NCBI GenBank assembly: GCA_019057815.1
Contig: JAHLWR010000007.1
Location: forward strand, 95,386-159,385
Direction: 5' to 3'
Origin: Candidatus Heimdallarchaeota archaeon
GTDB lineage: Archaea > Asgardarchaeota > Heimdallarchaeia > Heimdallarchaeales > Heimdallarchaeaceae
DNA: 64,000 nt
The position numbers were made by a program, and so were the translations under genes. The notes below the pieces were generated by a model, which was given only the letters and a program-made list of their open reading frames with translations, did not search any database and was not told the DNA's origin. This document shows positions 59,673 through 64,000 of this stretch, in pieces. Within the stretch, counting starts at the first letter, position 1. Every line of letters starts with the position of its first letter.

Positions 59673-60401
59673 CTATTTTAATGCTTCTTCAGCCTTACCT
59701 TTGAAAATCTTCCATAATTTCATTTTCGAAGCTTCACCTGATTTAATCTTTGCAAAGTTCTCATATTGTCTTGATAGAACTACTACAGTTAGAGCAAAGA
59801 GCGTTATCATCGCTACTAGTGGTATTTGATCGGCTACAAGAGCGAAATTTGTTTCAGAAATTGGAGTAACATACCATTCCCAGAAGTATAGAACTACACC
59901 CATAGTGATGAAGTTAACGATGTAAGTAATAGCACTGTAAAGTACAATAGATCCAATTACAAAGAAGCCTACTAACCAAATTGGGATGTAAATAGGATTA
60001 AAGAATATTAACACACCCATACTTGTTGCGACTCCTTTTCCACCTGGTGAAAATAGCCAGATATTCCAATTATGGCCCAAAACAGCAGCAGCTCCTGCAA
60101 ATGCTATCACCCAAGGATCACTATTTACAACTTTAAATGAGAGATATTGAACTAGTAGCATTGCCAGATAGCCCTTAAGCACATCAAAAACCAGAATTAC
60201 TAAACCCATTGAATATGAAAACCAATCAGGTTTCCCAGCTTGCTTCAGGGCTCTAATCAGATTCCTTCCACCAACGTTTTTTGAACCGACTGTTCGAATA
60301 TCCAAACCCTTGAGAAGAATTTTGCATAGAATGAAAGCTGAGGGTAATGAGCCGAATAGATAGCCTATTGAAACTGCCCAAACAACATCTATTGTTACCA
60401 T
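59673..60401 (-). CDS. plsY: Glycerol-3-phosphate acyltransferase PlsY-like
   Basis: GYLFGSLP, DIRTVGSKNVGGRNLIR, FDVLKG, AAVLGHNW...GGKGVATSMG. Confidence 0.88.
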   Translation of the reverse strand: MVTIDVVWAVSIGYLFGSLPSAFILCKILLKGLDIRTVGSKNVGGRNLIRALKQAGKPDWFSYSMGLVILVFDVLKGYLAMLLVQYLSFKVVNSDPWVIAFAGAAAVLGHNWNIWLFSPGGKGVATSMGVLIFFNPIYIPIWLVGFFVIGSIVLYSAITYIVNFITMGVVLYFWEWYVTPISETNFALVADQIPLVAMITLFALTVVVLSRQYENFAKIKSGEASKMKLWKIFKGKAEEALK

Positions 60402-60482
60402 GATTGCAATGTAAATTAACTTCTTTAAAAACTTTATTCGGTAAAATTCTTACGTTTTAAATTCGTTTACAAATAGAATTCA

Positions 60483-61745
60483 ATGGAGATTCTTCCATAT
60501 ATTACTTCTTTTTTCTTTTTAATCACAAGAAATATAACTTCTTTATTCTTAGAAAGAACTATGAATATTGTAAAGATTACTGAGAAAGAAAACCTCCTAA
60601 AGGCAGCTAAATTAGCTCAATTATGTTTTCATGACACATACGAGAAAATGGAGAAACACTTCTTAGGGGTCAAAGAACAGGATTTACGAGGTGTTTTTGA
60701 AGGAAGTAACCTTATCGCAGGAGCAGCTTCAATTGATTTTGAAATATTCATTAGAGATCAGTTGTTCAAGTGCTCTGGAATTTCTGCTGTTATGACAGAT
60801 CCGATTCATAGAAGAAAGGGATTAGTAAAGAAATTAATGAAAGAACTTTTATTTGACAAATTTAAAGAGGGGTACCCTATCAGCGCTTTATGGCCTTTTG
60901 AACACTCTTTCTATCGTAAATTTGGATTCGAAAGTTGCGAAAAACCTCTTCGATTTAAATTCAAACCTTCTGATATAATAGATAGTCTTGAAGCTGATTC
61001 ATCTATCAAGGTAAGAGAAATTACAGACGAAAGTGACTTTCCACTTCTAAATCTGATTGCTAAAAATGCGAAAAACAAGTATACTAGAATTATTGGTAAA
61101 CATGATGCATGGAAACTTCGAGGAAATCTTTCAGGTTTTAAGATATTCATTTTTGAAAAAAACAACGAGCCTATTGGTTACATAACTTTCAAATTCAAGA
61201 AAATAAAAGAATGGATTTATCATATGATTGTTATGGATTTTGCATATAAAGACATATTAACAAAACATGCAATTCTCAGGTTTATGAAAAATTTTGATAG
61301 CGATATGAGCTTCATTGAAATGACAATTCCATACGAAGAAGAGATGATTAGCTACTTGAAGAGCTATGGTTCTGAAAATCAATTCTCCTCTTGGCCAGCT
61401 ATGGTTAGAATACTCAATGTTGAAATCTTTTTCCAACAGCTTGAATTCTCGAAAAAACTTAACAAATCATTATACATGAAAATCGAAGATCCAGTTATAG
61501 AAGAAAATTCAGGTATTTGGAACTTAGCTATAAGTGATGGAAAATGTGAAATCGAAAAGATAGTCGAAAAAACTATTGCTAAAGAGAGTTTGCTTGAACT
61601 TTCTATAAACCAACTTACACAAATAATAACAGGATTTGCAACAGTTAAACAAGTTTTAGAAGCAAAAAAAGAGAATATACCACAAGAATGGATAGAACAT
61701 GTACTTTTTCCAGCAAAAGCTACTGCAGTGCAGATATGGTTCTAG
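60483..61745 (+). CDS. Eis-like GNAT acetyltransferase with C-terminal SCP2-like domain (probable start ATG 60561)
   Basis: GISAVMTDPIHRRKG, SALWPF...FYRKFGF, MVRILNV, IEDP..EENSG. Confidence 0.88.
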   Translation: MEILPYITSFFFLITRNITSLFLERTMNIVKITEKENLLKAAKLAQLCFHDTYEKMEKHFLGVKEQDLRGVFEGSNLIAGAASIDFEIFIRDQLFKCSGISAVMTDPIHRRKGLVKKLMKELLFDKFKEGYPISALWPFEHSFYRKFGFESCEKPLRFKFKPSDIIDSLEADSSIKVREITDESDFPLLNLIAKNAKNKYTRIIGKHDAWKLRGNLSGFKIFIFEKNNEPIGYITFKFKKIKEWIYHMIVMDFAYKDILTKHAILRFMKNFDSDMSFIEMTIPYEEEMISYLKSYGSENQFSSWPAMVRILNVEIFFQQLEFSKKLNKSLYMKIEDPVIEENSGIWNLAISDGKCEIEKIVEKTIAKESLLELSINQLTQIITGFATVKQVLEAKKENIPQEWIEHVLFPAKATAVQIWF

Positions 61746-61781
61746 AAAGATTTTTTGATAAAGGAAAAATAAAAAGAAGTT

Positions 61782-62531
61782 TCAACTATAGAAATCTTCT
61801 TCATCTCTTATTTTGACATCGCCTTCTTTGAGCATCGGTTCTACGTTATAGACTACTTTTCCCTTCCAATAATACTCACCAGTACGGTAAATAGGATTTT
61901 TCCTCATATAAGCCAGAGAACTTCTTGGTATTTCGTGTTTAGTGCTTATCGTCGACATTGTAACATTATCTTCGAACATCTGGAAAATTTCTATAATCCT
62001 GGGACGCCATTCTTCGTCAACCATTAGTTTTCCATCAATAATTTTGTAACCTACAGGAGGTCTAGACATAATCTTATTTTCATTGATTCTTCGTTTAATA
62101 CCATACATACGTTTCTGTCGGTATTTTTTAAGCTCCTCTTCGCCAAGAATATCATAAATTCTAGTGACTAGAATTTCATCAGATTCTTCTGTTGCTCGAA
62201 TTTCCACACCTAAACTTCGCAAAACTACCGAAGCATAACCTAACATGTCAACTTCCCTTGAAATTCTATCTCGGGTTTGAACCCATATCTCTCTTATTGG
62301 ATCTCCAGCATTATTCTTATTGTATTCAGCAATATATGCAAGTAATTCTTTGTATGCTGGTCTTTGTTCAACATGACTATCACCTGAAATATCTTCATCT
62401 ACAAAAGTTTTCAAAAGATGTCTATATCCGATTTCTTTAAGTCTTTTTTCAATTACATCCTTTTGCGTCTCTAAACCTGATTCTTGATCAGCAGTACTGA
62501 CTCTTATGTAAACTATTACATTAATATGCAT
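61782..62531 (-). CDS. Serine recombinase (resolvase catalytic domain plus short recombinase-type C-terminus)
   Basis: YIRVST..Q...LETQ, DEDISG, RP, RDRISR, and C-terminal PPVGY...GKL. Confidence 0.88.
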   Translation of the reverse strand: MHINVIVYIRVSTADQESGLETQKDVIEKRLKEIGYRHLLKTFVDEDISGDSHVEQRPAYKELLAYIAEYNKNNAGDPIREIWVQTRDRISREVDMLGYASVVLRSLGVEIRATEESDEILVTRIYDILGEEELKKYRQKRMYGIKRRINENKIMSRPPVGYKIIDGKLMVDEEWRPRIIEIFQMFEDNVTMSTISTKHEIPRSSLAYMRKNPIYRTGEYYWKGKVVYNVEPMLKEGDVKIRDEEDFYS

Positions 62532-62687
62532 AGTATATAAGAAGGTGACCTTTTTCTAATACTCAATATCACATAGAGAACATAGGGTGAATACAAAATG
62601 TCTAAATAATTTTGTCGGTAATCTGGAAGAAACAATGTCTCATTCAACTTGAAGGTGCGAATCTCATATTTATCCAATTCACTTCAT

Positions 62688-64000
62688 TCATTCTCCACTA
62701 TTTCTTCTTCTTCTCTTCTCTTTAATCACTCTTATAAGAGATGGGATAATATAACGACCAAGTAGAAAAGATAGCACAATAATCAAAATAATGCAAAAAA
62801 TTGCTAAAGCTATGAAACCTCCTCCCTCTCCCCATAATGCAAAAAGGATTCCCAAGAAAGCTCCAAAGAAAATTCCAAAGAAAGAAACAACCAGTAAGAC
62901 TATTATAACTATCAACAGAGAAATGTTTATGATTAATTTTGATTTTAATTCTTGTTCAGAGAGCTTTATTATTTTTCTCTTTGGAAGAGTTGTTCCACAT
63001 TTATCACAGAAAGTTAAAGAAAGTTTAACCTTTTCACCACAGTTAGAACAAGATAAGAGCTTAGCTATTCGATCTTGTCTTTCAGATTTACGTTTGCGAA
63101 AATAGGGGATGATAGTCTTTCGAGTATATGGAATGCCATACTTCGGTACTACAAACGCTAGAATAGCAACACTAACTAGTAAAGGTAGGACAATAGAGAG
63201 TATTGTCATAGTAATAGGATTTGGGCAAGATTGTGCTCTATTTAAGGGATATAAGTCTTTAGAATGAGCTTTACCGTCAATTTTATATGCACACTCAGAT
63301 CCCAAGTCTGACCAATAATTACCTTCTTTTGTCTTAGGGTCATACCAAGTGTTTTTCTTTCCACTATCATAAGCTTGAGAAGAACCTTCATAAGAACCTC
63401 CAAAGTTATTATCTACGAAAGTATTATGGTGAATAAGATTATTATTAGAAACAGAATCTAAGTATACTCCATATCTTTCATTTTCTTGTAAAAGATTGTA
63501 AATAACAACACAATAACTAGAAGAGAAAAGATCGATGCCATAGTTGTTATTGCTACACGTGTTGTTGGTAACAGTAGAACTACCAGAAGAGTAAAGCCAG
63601 ATACCTTTACCATTGTTGTTTTCGCAAGTGTTATTAATGACAGTAGAACTACCAGAAGACTGAATCCAGATACCGGATCTGTAGTTGTTGTTGCAAGTGT
63701 TGTTGGCAACAGTAGAACTACTAGAACCCCCAACAAGCAAGATGCCATCCTCGTCGTTATTGTTGTTGCAAGTGTTGTTTGCCACCGTAGAACTACCAGA
63801 AGACTGAATCCAGATACCTTTACCATTGCTGTTGCAAGTGTTGTTGGCAACAGTAGAACTACCAGAAAAGGAAAGCCGGATACCGTATCTGTAGTTGTTG
63901 TTGCAAGTGTTGTTGGCAACAGTAGAACTACCAGAATCCCCAAGAAAGATGCCATTACCATTGCTGTTGCAAGTGTTGTTTACAACAGTAGAACTACCAG
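62688..64000 (-). CDS. Beta-helix (NosD/PbH1) repeat membrane protein with a zinc-ribbon and 3 TM helices, 5' end outside the window
   Basis: The frame stays open from base 64000 (SGSSTVVNNTCNSNGNGIFLGDSGSSTVANNTC...). At least 7 repeats, GNYWSD cap, TM, CSNC-x10-CDKC, two further TMs, basic tail. Confidence 0.85.
   Translation of the reverse strand, partial: GSSTVVNNTCNSNGNGIFLGDSGSSTVANNTCNNNYRYGIRLSFSGSSTVANNTCNSNGKGIWIQSSGSSTVANNTCNNNNDEDGILLVGGSSSSTVANNTCNNNYRSGIWIQSSGSSTVINNTCENNNGKGIWLYSSGSSTVTNNTCSNNNYGIDLFSSSYCVVIYNLLQENERYGVYLDSVSNNNLIHHNTFVDNNFGGSYEGSSQAYDSGKKNTWYDPKTKEGNYWSDLGSECAYKIDGKAHSKDLYPLNRAQSCPNPITMTILSIVLPLLVSVAILAFVVPKYGIPYTRKTIIPYFRKRKSERQDRIAKLLSCSNCGEKVKLSLTFCDKCGTTLPKRKIIKLSEQELKSKLIINISLLIVIIVLLVVSFFGIFFGAFLGILFALWGEGGGFIALAIFCIILIIVLSFLLGRYIIPSLIRVIKEKRRRRNSGE

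Overview
AT-rich archaeal chromosomal segment, most likely from an Asgard archaeon (Heimdallarchaeia-like). This assignment is an inference from archaeal markers (NurA-HerA-Mre11-Rad50, pantoate kinase plus phosphopantothenate synthetase, CarS, GGTGA ribosome-binding sites, BRE-TATA promoters) together with kynureninase, PlsY and several beta-helix surface proteins. Housekeeping content: a double-length UvrA, a DNA end-resection operon, a CoA biosynthesis cluster, a 2-oxoacid:ferredoxin oxidoreductase, lipid enzymes and transporters. Most notable accessory features: (1) a 1-kb VapBC islet inserted inside the pantoate kinase gene, which supplied a diverged replacement 3' end and is bounded by a 52-bp direct repeat; (2) a stand-alone TnpB with a Fanzor-type rearranged RuvC site and 18-bp imperfect inverted repeats at its ends; (3) three beta-helix surface or receptor genes built from 66-72 bp modules with conserved DNA anchors and variable exposed positions, one of them next to a serine recombinase; (4) a membrane-anchored wHTH regulator with a phased operator-like array in front of a surface-protein gene; (5) a roughly 145-nt multi-hairpin intergenic element; (6) a type II R-M-like pair and an orphan CcrM-like methyltransferase. 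No rRNA, tRNA or CRISPR array was recognised. All calls are from motif recognition by eye; no database searches were run.
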